A stretch of DNA of 64,000 nt from Oculina patagonica (lineage: Eukaryota), in NCBI RefSeq assembly GCF_052425735.1, contig NC_135759.1:32798001-32862000 (forward strand), written 5' to 3'. The position numbers and the translations under genes are program-made. Numbering within the stretch: the first letter of the stretch is position 1; every line of letters starts with the position of its first letter. The notes under the pieces were generated by a model. The model ran no database searches. It was not told where the DNA came from and worked only from the letters and a program-made list of their open reading frames with translations. Shown here in pieces: positions 49,854 to 62,002 of this stretch.

Positions 49854-51196
49854 GTATGGCTGTAATAAATCGTACCGGTATATGTGGAAATTTTTCAGTG
49901 GTAATGAAACAAGAAATTTATAACTATTTATAAGAAAATGCCATTTTCTTGCAAACGCCATTGCCGATTTTATTTTATGAAAATATATTGCGTGAGTCGA
50001 ATAATTCCAAAGAGGCAACAGAAAGCAAGGAAAGTGTTCCACTGTAAACTACAATCAAAGAAGAAACGACTGATTCGATGTAAGACAACAGTAGCTGCAA
50101 AGTTTTCTAGTTACGTCTGGCGGCTAAATATCCAAGTAGAAGAACACAGCATATTGACGAACGTTAGCTATTTCGGGAACGAAAAACAATCACATTATCA
50201 GCAGAAAATTTCAAGAGGTTTGGAGAGTCAGTTGTTGTAGTTTGTCGTGAAAATTTGCGAAAGAAATATGTTTATCAGTTGTCATGTTTAAAGTGCTTTT
50301 GAAAGTCGACTGCATGAACTTGGAAATGATTAAGTGAGATTCTAAGAGTTTTCGAATACAATATAGGTCAGTTTCAAAAATATTTTACTTTCGAAATTTA
50401 TGCTTGAATTATTGCACCCAGTTTAAATCGAAGAGGCCGTGATTCTTGGGACCACTTTGGCTCAGTGAAGGAGTTCAGGTTCTTTTGAACTTTGGTTGAT
50501 CGATATCTGTTGGCTTTTTGTTATTGTACATATCAAGTTGATTTCATCTCCCTTCTCGACGATGGGTTGTGTCATATCATTGTCAGACCACTGACCGGCA
50601 ACTTTGACAATGTTGTGAGAGAATTCAGTAATAAGAGGACTAAAAAACAAACAAAAGAAAAACAACAGCAAAAACTGAGGTCAATTTGTTGAACCAACTC
50701 CACACAGTCGAGTATTTTTTTCCTTTGGTTGTTAATCGCGCGCATGATTAGTGTGTTGGATGTCTTTCTCTCACAGGCAAAATGGAAAAGAATACAAGAC
50801 TATATTTTTAGTCCTCCTTAAAATCGGATTTCAAAAGAAAAAAGGACACGTTTTTCGTTTTCTATATTTAACCAGTGCGGGCAAGGGCACACATTAAACT
50901 CGACTTAACATGTTTGGCTATTGAATGGTAGAAAAACAATCTGAAGATGAAAGCAAAACAGAATACGCTTTGCATGTCAAAAAGTCTGTTGATGATGTGT
51001 CATTAAGTTGTAAGTCTTCGCCTCCTCGTTAAATGTCCTGCTGTGTTTCTAAATCTACGCATTATCTTTACCGGTGACAGATAATCGTTTTGTTTTCTTA
51101 GCATTGATAGCGATAAACTTGTCTAATTGCTCTGCAGTTTGCTACTGTGTGGTAAATCCGAGTAAATCTAAACAAATTCTTCGTTGTCCTTTGCAG

Positions 51197-51361
51197 CGTT
51201 TTTCTTCTGTTCCAAACGTTCTCGCCACAGTACGTCACTCAGTCAGAAATAAGCCACAGGACGCCATGAATATCTGGATAGAAGAGTTAAAGGAAGATTA
51301 TTTCAGAATTTGCCTTCGAGAAGTGAAAACATTTGACGGCAAGCACCTGAATTTACAAGTG
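51197..51361 (+). CDS. Copy 2 exon 3, H-type-lectin-like repeat 2
   Basis: RFSSVPNVLATVRH...IWIEELKEDYFRICLRE; 165 nt. Confidence 0.9.
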
Positions 51362-51821
51362 GTAAGTTTACAAAGAAAACTTTCTATAATATCATTTACT
51401 TGTGAAAAGTTTTCATTGGAACCTATTAGCAGCGCTATTAAGGAAGTCAGATACACAATGCGATAAAAATAATCTGCGCATTTTTTTTTTTTTTAAAAGG
51501 TTATAGCTGCTGTTACTGTTGCTGGTACAGTAAGCTGTGCGTGACCGTTTGTGTTGACATTGTTACAGACGATAACACGAAGGATCTGAAAGGCATGATT
51601 GTATCGAGCAGTATTGTCCATTCTTATGAAGAAAAAGAGTTCGAACCCTTTAACAGTTTATATCTTTGCTTTTTTTGGCTAAGTTATACTTCTTAGCATT
51701 TCGTCATACATTTTATGCAATTCTTCATTTGTTCATTTCTTCGTGACGGGATAATAATCAATAAGAGCAAAAAAATGCCAGGCAAAAATTAATAATAAAA
51801 ATATTAAGCAATCAGTCTCAG

Positions 51822-53277
51822 CAAGAGAGTATATCAAGATAAGAGAGTCAAACTCCCGTAGAGGCCTTATTCCAAAGGTAATCTCTCTTAAGTTATTTTT
51901 AGACATGGTACCCAGTACTTCCGCGGATGTGAACGCGCGTTGCGTGGATGTTCTCGAGCGTTTTCGTGGAGACGACCCCAAACGGAATGGCGGGAAATGT
52001 TTTGAACGTGCCTTGTATCAATTTTGTCGACGAACGTTACACCAAAAAAATTCAGAAATCAGTAAAAAGAACAAAGAAGCGTTCGCTTGGACTAGTTTTA
52101 GTTCAAGCGAAGAGGTTTAGTTACAAATGGGTGATCCTGCTGTTCAAGTCCCAGCAGACGAAAACCTTCAAGTCATGTGTCAAGTTACTCAAGCTGCCGC
52201 AGCTGTTCGCAAAACCCAAAGGAGCCTTCTAATTCGAACCCTCAGAACGCTGAAGGACATTGTAATAGAGTTCATAGGACTTAAATGACGATCCAAACTC
52301 TTACAACAAAAAACAATCGAGTTCAAAATCAAACAGCGTCGCCGAGACAGAACAATATTTTATTACAGCGAGTGACGGTAGGCTTGCAAACATAACAGTA
52401 TTAACAAATTAGTAGGTATAAGGTGACAACACACCTATTGTTCGAAACTGCAGAGAGGTCAGTGTAACAATTAAAAGAAAACAATGTGAAATCAAAATAA
52501 TACAAGCACAACATGGTCACAAACAAACACTCGAGAGTAGCAAACAAGAATAATCATTCACAGATTAAATAAGGAAAAAAATACAAGGAACGCAGAAAGA
52601 TGGATATAAACTCCCCGCTGGAGTATACATCGAAGTACAAGGAGACTAAAAAATTAAAAACCCTGTTGACACGAATAGAATATACATCATTTTGGTAAAA
52701 AGACATTTATAATAACAGGAAAGCGGACAAAAAAATAAAATCAATCATCTGCTTAACCTCATCGCTTCGCCCGCAAAACCTGGCGCAAATAGAACGAACT
52801 AAAAACTCTTCGCAACTATCAGTCGGGTAAAAATTCAATCTACACTATGTAAAATTTCCCGCAAAGCAAGAAGGCTACTCGTTACTAAAGCAGGGTACAA
52901 TGTGAAGAGAATGAACCAAATGCAAATCTGGCCGCAAAACAGGTATAAAGACAAAGCTACAAAGTAAACGTGTTGCCCGCAAAGCAGCTAAGTCACACGT
53001 TAACAGCAGGGCATAAAATAACTGAGAAACCAAAATTGCTTTCTAGACACCGCGTGGTCCATGTGCAGAGCTAGAGATAGCTTATCCCACTATGACGACC
53101 GCGACGACCGCCACGTTTTGGTCTTTACATTCTCCACGAAACCACGCGAGAACATCCACGCAACGCGCGTTCACATCCGCGGAAGTACTGGGTACCATGT
53201 CTAAAAATAACTTAAGAGGGATAAGGCCTACATGGGCCTACATGGGGGATAGACTCTCTTATCTTTATACTCTCCCG
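51822..53277. mobile_element. Non-autonomous TIR element with 7-bp TSD (P/Galileo-like)
   Basis: ~135-bp imperfect TIRs with a ~70-bp perfect inner part; GTCTCAG at 51815-51821 and 53278-53284. Confidence 0.75.
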
Positions 53278-53370
53278 GTCTCAGCCAAATTCACTACCGA
53301 AGAATATGGAATTTGAAAAAATCTTAATTCTGGAATTTTGAATTGAATAACGGCCTAATTACTTTTTCAG

Positions 53371-53478
53371 GACTGGCTGGCTTTTACACGGAAAGGCGTT
53401 CAACTAACTTTTCAGGGAAAACAACAATTTGAAAATGGTGGGGCGCCTCCGGAACAAGACAACTTTGCCTTCTGCAAG
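53371..53478 (+). CDS. Copy 2 exon 4 (DWLAFTRKG...DNFAFCK)
   Basis: 108 nt, AG/GT, homologous to exon 10. Confidence 0.87.
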
Positions 53479-53625
53479 GTAACGTCTTCCATTAAAAATT
53501 AAAATTAAGATTTGCAACAGACTAAAAAAGTGGTGTTGAACATGGCTGGCGGTTGTTACGTAAGGGTTGTATCAGTACCTTGCCGTCCGGTCTGATCTCT
53601 AACCTGCTTTGTACTTTCTTGACAG

Positions 53626-53751
53626 GTACACAATTTTACTGAAGAGTTTTATGCACCTCCTGTTGTCATGGTAACAGCGAACCACCTTTACGATAGCAAG
53701 AACGTGTATTCTATCAAACCAGAAAACAATGTCCTTAACGCTTGGATAGAG
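53626..53751 (+). CDS. Copy 2 exon 5 (VHNFTEEFYAPPVVMVTANH...NAWIE)
   Basis: 126 nt, AG/GT, homologous to exon 11. Confidence 0.87.
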
Positions 53752-54219
53752 GTAAGTTGTTGAGTCCCTGAAATACAATTCCTTTTCCAGTTCAACAGGA
53801 ACATCTACATTAGAAATGAAAGTGACCTTTGCAGTCGTGAACCATCATATAAAACAGTGGCAATGACAGTTCATGAAAAATTGACGACTCAACGGGATTC
53901 CCGCCCATGACATGTAACATATGTGTACTTGGTCATTGTAAAGATTATTTTGAAAGTGTTTAAAAACCATAATTTACTTAACTGCCACTGACATCTCTTT
54001 TGATCAAAGAAGACGTTACTTCCATTTCCTTTTGTTTATTCGTAGACAAATGTTAGACTTCAAATTTGAGAATATTGCAAAGAGAAAAAAAAAGTAATCT
54101 GAGGGTACTTATTTTTGTGTTTTACGACATTTTTGCACCCTGATGTCTCGAAAAAATTAAGAAATTGTTAAGTTTTAATAATTTTTTACTAATATGAGTT
54201 GATATTTGTCTGACAACAG

Positions 54220-54316
54220 GAAATAACGATTTCATATTTTCGTGTGTGCTTAAAAGACTTGGCAGGAATGGAGAGTCAGCATGATCCTGTTACTGTTGAT
54301 TATGCAGTTATTGGAG
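54220..54316 (+). CDS. Copy 2 exon 6
   Basis: 97 nt, paralogous to 378-474. Confidence 0.9.
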
Positions 54317-54893
54317 GTAAATACCCAACTAAATTACATTGAAATGCATATTAAAAGAATTAAAAATATTACAGTAAAAATGTGTTAAGTTAAACATTGT
54401 CACGAATGTTAGACTTTAATTTGTTCAATTTTGGGGAATTATATATGCGTAAAAGAAATTTTTTTATTTTATAAAAGCTGCAAGATTAACTACATGGAAA
54501 CTACATGGGAACGAGTTGCTATTCTTATCAAAAGACACAAATTCGGACGGTGACAGCTAAAAAGTCTTATGTATTCTTGTACTGATTTATTACTCACTCA
54601 CTCATCCTCATCGAGCCCATGACGACTCTTGAGGCCGGCCAGAAAACTGCGCCACCCATCCCGGTCCGCCGCCGATGCAACAGCAGCCCCCCACGAACGC
54701 CAACCCAGCCGGTTTCTTTCTGTACAAATACATTAGAATGGGCAAGTCAGATATCCTTGTGGCCAAAAATTGTTCTCATTTTGCTAAATAAAGGGGAAAA
54801 GGTATTTTCCAAAAAAAAGCTTTTAGCAATGATTAAAACTGATTTGTTCACAACCAAGTAAACCTCATATTTTGTTCATATTCTGTTTCACAG

Positions 54894-55112
54894 ATCTTGA
54901 TCCATGTATCAACATTTCCTGTAATTACTTCGCTGTTTGTAAGGCATTTGGGCCCAGGGATGCGCGGTGTATATGCGTGGATAACTGTCCGTCATACGAA
55001 GAGCCCGTGTGTTCCTCTAACGGAACCACATACGACAACGAGTGTGTGTTCCAGCGAGAAATGTGCCATCTGAAAGCTAACTTCACTCTTTATCACCCCG
55101 GTGATTGTACAG
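54894..55112 (+). CDS. Copy 2 exon 7, follistatin-N + Kazal
   Basis: 219 nt; protein identical to 890-1108. Confidence 0.93.
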
Positions 55113-55347
55113 GTAATCTGAGACATACCATCAGCTACCATCCTCTATGGGAGTTAAAATATTACATGTAGTTGGGATGGTTAAGCAAAAAATAATAAAA
55201 AAAACTCACCGAGGCAGGGTAAAAATAAGGAATTTTCTTTTCATTTGACACAACGGTGGGAGTATTATTTCTACAATGTTCACTAGAGAGACAATGTCCA
55301 ATAATTTCTTAATGTTCAACCATTTTTCTCGGTACTTTCATTTCAAG

Positions 55348-55727
55348 GATTTCCTTCCCAGAAAGGCCGCCATCATCTCCATCGCAACCCAAGTTGGGCT
55401 GAAGCAGTTTGTGAACAAGTTCCACTGGCTCCTTACGTCTTCTATCCTGATAAACCGGTTCACATACAAGTTTCTGTTAATCACGTCAACTTCTCAGACC
55501 CAAGATATGTCCACGAAGCTGTGGTGCCCTGGGTTGAAGAAATCAGGGAGAACAATTTTACAGTTTGTGTAACACAGGCTGGGAGAAATGAGAAGAAAAA
55601 TGGACAAGCGTTTGCCACAGTTGACTTTTTAGCATACCAGGGGGCCCCTGATGGGGGAGTGTCGGGTGAAATGGACATGCCGACTTGGTGGACTGGGACG
55701 AACTGCCGCACGGTATCACTGCCTCCG
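55348..55727 (+). CDS. Copy 2 exon 8, H-type-lectin-like
   Basis: 380 nt, paralogous to 1570-1949. Confidence 0.9.
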
Positions 55728-56140
55728 GTGAGAAAATAACTAGTTTAAATACATCAATCATTATTGTATTTATAATACTCTTGTTGACAAATGTTTGTTT
55801 CATTTGAAGGAATAGTTGCTTTTATCCAAACGACCAAAAAATTAAAATAAAATGAAATTAACATCAGTGTATTTTCAGCCTACCCTGGGTGCTGGGGAAT
55901 TTTTTGGCGAGGTTTTTGATCTTATAACCTATCATACCAAGAGAAAAATCAGGTTGATTCTTGCGCATCCTTCGAAAATGGGTGGCGTGGACATCATTGC
56001 TGGTTTTCAGCTTGTACATAAACTGTACAGGTCTGGCTGAATTTCCACCATGCATAGCTCGTCATAATGCCATAATCCCGTCTCTTTATTTTCCTTTGAC
56101 CATTCAGTCACAATTTAGTGTTTTTTTTTTATTTTCGCAG

Positions 56141-56308
56141 AGAAAGTTTAAATCAGCGCCAACTGTGCTTGTGTCAGCGGAGCATGAAAGGCGTGGTGTA
56201 AGGCACGATGCCTCCTCTGTGTGGGTAGAAGATTTAACAACAACGTCTTTCAAGATCTGCATCAGAGAATTACAGAACTTTGATGGAATTCACCAAAGTA
56301 TCCATGTT
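56141..56308 (+). CDS. Copy 2 exon 9, H-type-lectin-like
   Basis: 168 nt, paralogous to 2347-2514. Confidence 0.9.
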
Positions 56309-57029
56309 GTAAGTGACCTTCTGTTATATACAATTTTTATTAACAAATCGATTATAATTTCAGTATAGAATATATTTTTTTCTCGATTAAGAAAGGGTTG
56401 AAAAGCTATTTCAGCATCAATAACTGAGCAGCTTTCATGTTTTCTAATAAAGCGTGATTCAGTACATATAGCTTGAAACATGAGTGCAATCATGGCGAAC
56501 ATAATCGGCTTTGAAATTTGCTTTCCCGCCAAAATCTACCTTTTTGGAACCAAACAGTATCGCGTCGCTGGTTGGGTTTATAATTGACGCGTGAACCGTG
56601 ATAGAATCTCTCGTTTTTCCTTGTGAAATACACTATTGATGTTTCGTGATCTCTGGTTAGCTTTCAGCTCAAAATGTTGCTTCAGGCCGGAATTACACAA
56701 TATGTACGTTTTCAGAGGCAGGGGTTTATTTTACATAAAATGAGTGGAACAGTAGAAACAGTTTAGTACACGATTAACGACGCAAATGGCCTCCAGAATT
56801 TTAAACGCAGGCACTATGCCGTCGTTTATGTCTTTTAAAAAATGTTTATTTATCACCATTGCAGTTAAAAACTGAATTATAAAGGGATACAATACAATAT
56901 TAAAAATTGAAACTTCTAACAAACACTACTATACTATTCAGCGTGGAATTTTGTGGAAAGCTCTGTTTTTTTTTTGTTTGTTAGTTTTTGCATCAAGGTG
57001 ACAACCTGACTAAAGGAACTTTTTTTTAG

Positions 57030-57140
57030 GACTGGCTGGCATTTGAAGAGCTTCATCGACCTCTGTTTAGAGAGCACGGGTCTATACACTTTGCCAACGG
57101 GAACAAGCCATCCAAAGAATTCAACTATGCTTTTTGTCAG
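57030..57140 (+). CDS. Copy 2 exon 10
   Basis: 111 nt, DWLAFEELHRP...AFCQ. Confidence 0.88.
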
Positions 57141-57344
57141 GTATGTTTATCACTTTACATTGTTTTGGCTCGCTTGCTCATTTGCACTCTCATACTCACA
57201 GTCTAACCAATTTCCCATTCACTAACCCTTTCCCCTGTTTGCTCCTTTTGAAATCGTACTTTTGAAAAAGAAAAAAGGGGCAGATTCAATCCAAAACCAA
57301 TTTTCAATAAAAATAATTGTTTTATTTACAAATCCTTTTGTTAG

Positions 57345-57461
57345 GATGTTGTCTTTACGAAGCATTATAACGACTCTCCAGCAGTACTGGTGTCTGCAAA
57401 CCATTCAACAAACGGAGGAAACCTGAACCCCATTTACAACTCCATATCAGCTTGGGTTGAG
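57345..57461 (+). CDS. Copy 2 exon 11
   Basis: 117 nt, DVVFTKHYNDSPAVLVSANH...AWVE. Confidence 0.88.
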
Positions 57462-58093
57462 GTCAGATATTATTTATTCTTATAGTAACTACGTGCGATG
57501 TAAATTGAAGTACAGTAACCCATAACTTTTCCGCAGTATTCATAAAATTTGTGAGAGGAGGTACATGTAAGATTGCGGAAAATCACAAATGGAATGTACT
57601 CAAAGGTAAAGGTGATTCAGAAAACTGAAAGGTTCAAGCGAAAAATTTATTCCGTAGATAGTAACGAAGTGCAAAGCGCTGCAATTGTAATGTTAAATGA
57701 CACCATTTTATTTTTCTTTGTCATTAATAATGCTGCTTTTTAATCATATGTTTTGATTCCGTTCCTTTTAACTAACTGTATGAGGCACGAATAGTTCAAT
57801 ATTTAATTCTCGACTTCTTAATCAAACCGATGGGCAACTGACCGCCAAATTCTTCTTTGCGGTGCATTGGCGAAATTTGACCAGACCTGTACAAATTTAC
57901 GCTACCCACTACCCCAGTGCAGCTAATTTGTCACGACCAACAATTTTCCGAATAGTCACGAGCTTTTTTGGTTAGCTTCGGCCAAACTCCCTCAGCGCAA
58001 TCAAGAACAAAAGGACTATTGTTTTGTGCTTATTGGGAAAAGTTGAGCCACAAGAATAGACTATTTCTTGATACGTATCTTCTTTCCTTGCAG

Positions 58094-58184
58094 TATATAA
58101 ACAAGACTGGCTTTAGAGCATGCGTGAAGGAGCTGTTTGTGAACCAGCATGACCCTCTGTCAGTCTCATATGCAGTCATGCCAG
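58094..58184 (+). CDS. Copy 2 exon 12
   Basis: 91 nt, YINKTGFRACVKE...AVMP. Confidence 0.88.
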
Positions 58185-58767
58185 GTGGGATGTAAAGAAA
58201 TGATAAATGTTATGTAAAAAGTAATTTATTTTGTTCCGCTAAGCCTGGTTTGCTTATATGACGCATGCACAAGGATATAAGCATAAACACGAAACAGGTT
58301 ATTGCATTCCGAACGCAGACATAAACGCAAGCACAAGAAAAGGAAACCGTGTAACGAAAAATAACGAAAGCCCAACAATTTCTTTATCGATCCTATCGAC
58401 AGCTTCCACAGACTGGTTTACAGGTACAACGTGAACAAAACAAACTTTAATGTCACCGCGACTTCGCTTGCATGTATCTCCTAACGCTTATGCATGTCGC
58501 ACCTGTAAACACTCTTTAAAATAGCTTATACTTGCACTTATTCGTATGCTTGCATTGTACAATTAAACCAGATCTTCGACTTGGCTAAAGTTTGATGAAC
58601 TCGATCTTGCATTTTTCTGACCATGTTACCTACCTAGAAAAGAACAGCTTTGTAATTCATGTAAAAAAAGAGAGACTTTCTTTGGCAGTGATTAATAGTT
58701 CTATAAACATTTCAGGGTAACTTCAACATAAAGCTTTATTTTACATTTTCACTTTATTTTTACAAAG

Positions 58768-59142
58768 ATGTGTGTGAGCCGGGCTGGAGTTTCTACAATG
58801 GCTCCTGTTACTTCACCAGTGAAACATGTAAGACATGGTCCAACGCCAGTACAATCTGCAGAAGCATGGGAGCTAATTTACCCGCTATTGAAAGTCAGGA
58901 AGAGAACGTGTATATTCAGCACAGACACAATGGTGACAAGGCGTGGATTGGTTTGAATGACATTGCAACAGAAGGATTATTCTCCTGGGTGGATGGATGT
59001 CCTGATAAATTCCGCTACTGGGCGGAGAAGCAACCGAACGACTTTAGGGGAGAGGACTGTGTACACACACTTGGTGCTAGACATGGATATATGTGGAATG
59101 ACGTAGATTGCTCGGCATGCCACCGGTTTACCTGCAAAAAAG
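58768..59142 (+). CDS. Copy 2 exon 13, intact C-type lectin domain
   Basis: WIGLND, QPN, EDC, WND motifs; 375 nt, phase 1-1. Confidence 0.94.
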
Positions 59143-59411
59143 GTGTTAAACAGTTTTCATGATCACAAGTTACGTAAATCATGTTTCTAGTAAAAAGGAA
59201 TCTTAACTACGCAGGGAAGAAAAAGGCAGTCTGGATAGTTGAAGGGCAGGATAAAGGAAACATTACTGCTTTATTTTTTGCATCTCTTACATCACAGAAC
59301 ATCTGGCTCCATCGTGTGTTCCATGATTACATTGAATATTATACCATTTGATAGCCATTTTTTATTTAATAACCTTGAATCTAATTAACCACAAAATTTG
59401 TCTGTTCACAG

Positions 59412-59522
59412 ATTATGACGAATGTACCAGTACTCCGTGTTTGAATGGAGGTACTTGCAAAAATGGTAAAAGGACGTTTAGCTGCATATGTCCACCAACT
59501 CACAAAGAAAGTTCATGTGAAG
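59412..59522 (+). CDS. Copy 2 exon 14, EGF-like
   Basis: [37 protein letters not shown]; 111 nt. Confidence 0.92.
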
Positions 59523-59570
59523 GTGAGCTTCAACTATTGCTGTTCATTTTTATCCAATATTAGCCAATAG

Positions 59571-60070
59571 NNNNNNNNNNNNNNNNNNNNNNNNNNNNNN
59601 NNNNNNNNNNNNNNNNNNNNNNNNNNNNNNNNNNNNNNNNNNNNNNNNNNNNNNNNNNNNNNNNNNNNNNNNNNNNNNNNNNNNNNNNNNNNNNNNNNNN
59701 NNNNNNNNNNNNNNNNNNNNNNNNNNNNNNNNNNNNNNNNNNNNNNNNNNNNNNNNNNNNNNNNNNNNNNNNNNNNNNNNNNNNNNNNNNNNNNNNNNNN
59801 NNNNNNNNNNNNNNNNNNNNNNNNNNNNNNNNNNNNNNNNNNNNNNNNNNNNNNNNNNNNNNNNNNNNNNNNNNNNNNNNNNNNNNNNNNNNNNNNNNNN
59901 NNNNNNNNNNNNNNNNNNNNNNNNNNNNNNNNNNNNNNNNNNNNNNNNNNNNNNNNNNNNNNNNNNNNNNNNNNNNNNNNNNNNNNNNNNNNNNNNNNNN
60001 NNNNNNNNNNNNNNNNNNNNNNNNNNNNNNNNNNNNNNNNNNNNNNNNNNNNNNNNNNNNNNNNNNNNNN
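59571..60070. other. Assembly gap (500 N)
   Basis: Run of n. Confidence 0.99.
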
Positions 60071-61947
60071 AATGTGAGATGACTAAGTGTCGCATGAAAC
60101 AAGTATTTCCGCGTACCCCGCTAATAAATTAAAAACATTCGGGCTTCTCAGCCAACGCGGTTAAGATTGAGGTCTGTATTTAGTAATGTTCATAAAGTTC
60201 ATTTTGAAAACTAATTCTCCCGATAGTATTGATTTAATTTCGACGAGCTTCTGAAGCGGAAGATGGCGTTTCGTAACGGACAACGTGTCATCACCCTCCC
60301 ACGTCGACTGAGTAGCAGGGTTTTGGTGTCAGAAACCTAGATTAAAACCACATATTTTTCCCCAATGCGCAAGAATTGCTCAAGATAAAAAAATTCTATT
60401 AACCTCTATTCTTTTTACCTTGTCAGCCGAGTATTTATTGCCGTCCGCGCTGATTCCGAGGGCTATCCACTATAATTCCTTCAGCCGGTGAATTCAAGAG
60501 TAAGACTAATACTAAAGATTGATTCTTTTCTCCGTATTTTAATTCGAAGTCGAAAATTAGCCGCGCTAAAAAGCTGTAGCCATATCCTGGAATACAAAAC
60601 CTAAGAGCGCTCTGTGTCGAATAAAAAAAACGAGTAATGATTTTGTCATCGCTTTTTACAGTTTAAGTCGCACCTTTCATTTTGTCCATTATTTAATTGA
60701 AAAATCGAATAAAACGGCCAGTAACAGGTTCTGTTATTTGCAAGATTCGCAGATATTTAAATCCATGGCTTTTTCAACAATTCAAGATTCCGCTGTGTGG
60801 TTTAATTTTGACGATTTGATTACATGCGTCTGGTTTCAGATGCCGAGATTTCGAAATTTTGCATGCCAAGACTCATTCTTTATTTGGTGTTGCTTGTCCT
60901 ACCTTACCCCACATTGATTTAACAACAAACATTTAATCACAACTACCTCAAATTGTCCGCTTGGAGATGTGACTTCGGTCACCAGAAAGTGATGGAATAA
61001 AGATCAGTTAACTTTCACCTGCGCGCCTCAAAATATAGCATGCGAATTGAGCCTCCTCTCACTGTTCCCAGCCGGCTTCGAGCGAGAGCGTGCTAGGCGC
61101 CAAACCGACGATAAAAGGTGGCTTTATTTACAAGCTACTGAAAGTTCTGTTGTCGAAATTTCAACTTCAGTCAGAATCAAGGTGATTTGAGTCTCAACAA
61201 GGTCATCTAAATTAGGAGATAACGATAACTTTGTATATGAACTGTTTTCAGGAAAGAAAAACAGTTGTAGGAAAGTGGCGGTTTGTTAAGATTCCACTGA
61301 ATTTTATGGAATAAAAAGAGTATTTTACCCCGGGTATTTTACATGCGTAAAGAATAAGACGGCTATTTAGTAACAAAGTCAAAAGCTAACTTATAAAACA
61401 GAGAGAATATAAAGACATATTTTTTTTTATTTGCGAGAAAGAAAACAGAAAGTTATGCAAATTATTTCTTATCGAACTGTCACTCAATACAACACCTTCT
61501 TTTCTTTTTTATCGCTCATGCAGAGCGAGCCTTGTTCCTTGAAGTCAAAACAAAAGTTTGCCAGCCTCGCAAAGGTTCCGTGAAAAACAAATACTAGGCA
61601 AGATAAGTTTGAAAGACTGTTCAAAATTATTTTAGTTATGAGAATTAGGAAGGCTCTTAGGATCCTTTTGTAAACCATGGCTAGTTTCGTGCAATGTTCG
61701 ACAAAAGCTGAGTTGTCGATAAAAATAACAACGTGAAGTTGAAAAACAAATTGATTGTTCTCAAGCACTTCCGTCTTTCGGTTCTCGTTCTAACTTGTTC
61801 ATTAAACACATAAATTACGTTGCTTTAACGTCCTTGTTTAGTAGCAGTGAAGACGCCACGTTTAACACTCTACTTTCGAGTTAAATCAGCTCCTTCTCTT
61901 GGAAAACCAACTGAATCTCCTTCATGGAGGTACCGATAGTGTCAAGG

Positions 61948-62002
61948 ATGAAATATTTTGTTTCTCTGATGTTCTTCCTCGGTTGCCTTACTGCGTCATC
62001 AG
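61948..62002 (+). CDS. Probable first (signal-peptide) exon of another secreted protein (MKYFVSLMFFLGCLTASS)
   Basis: aggATG, MK plus hydrophobic core plus small residues, CAG/GTaact donor, phase 1. Confidence 0.55.

Larger units (their letters stand above)
49189..59522 (+). other. Paralogue 2 of the mosaic lectin gene (3' end lost in assembly gap)
   Basis: 14 phase-compatible GT-AG exons totalling 2497 nt (about 832 codons) with no stop seen. Confidence 0.92.

Noticed and set aside
59550-60102. Long ORFs across the gap
   Set aside because: Artefacts of the N run
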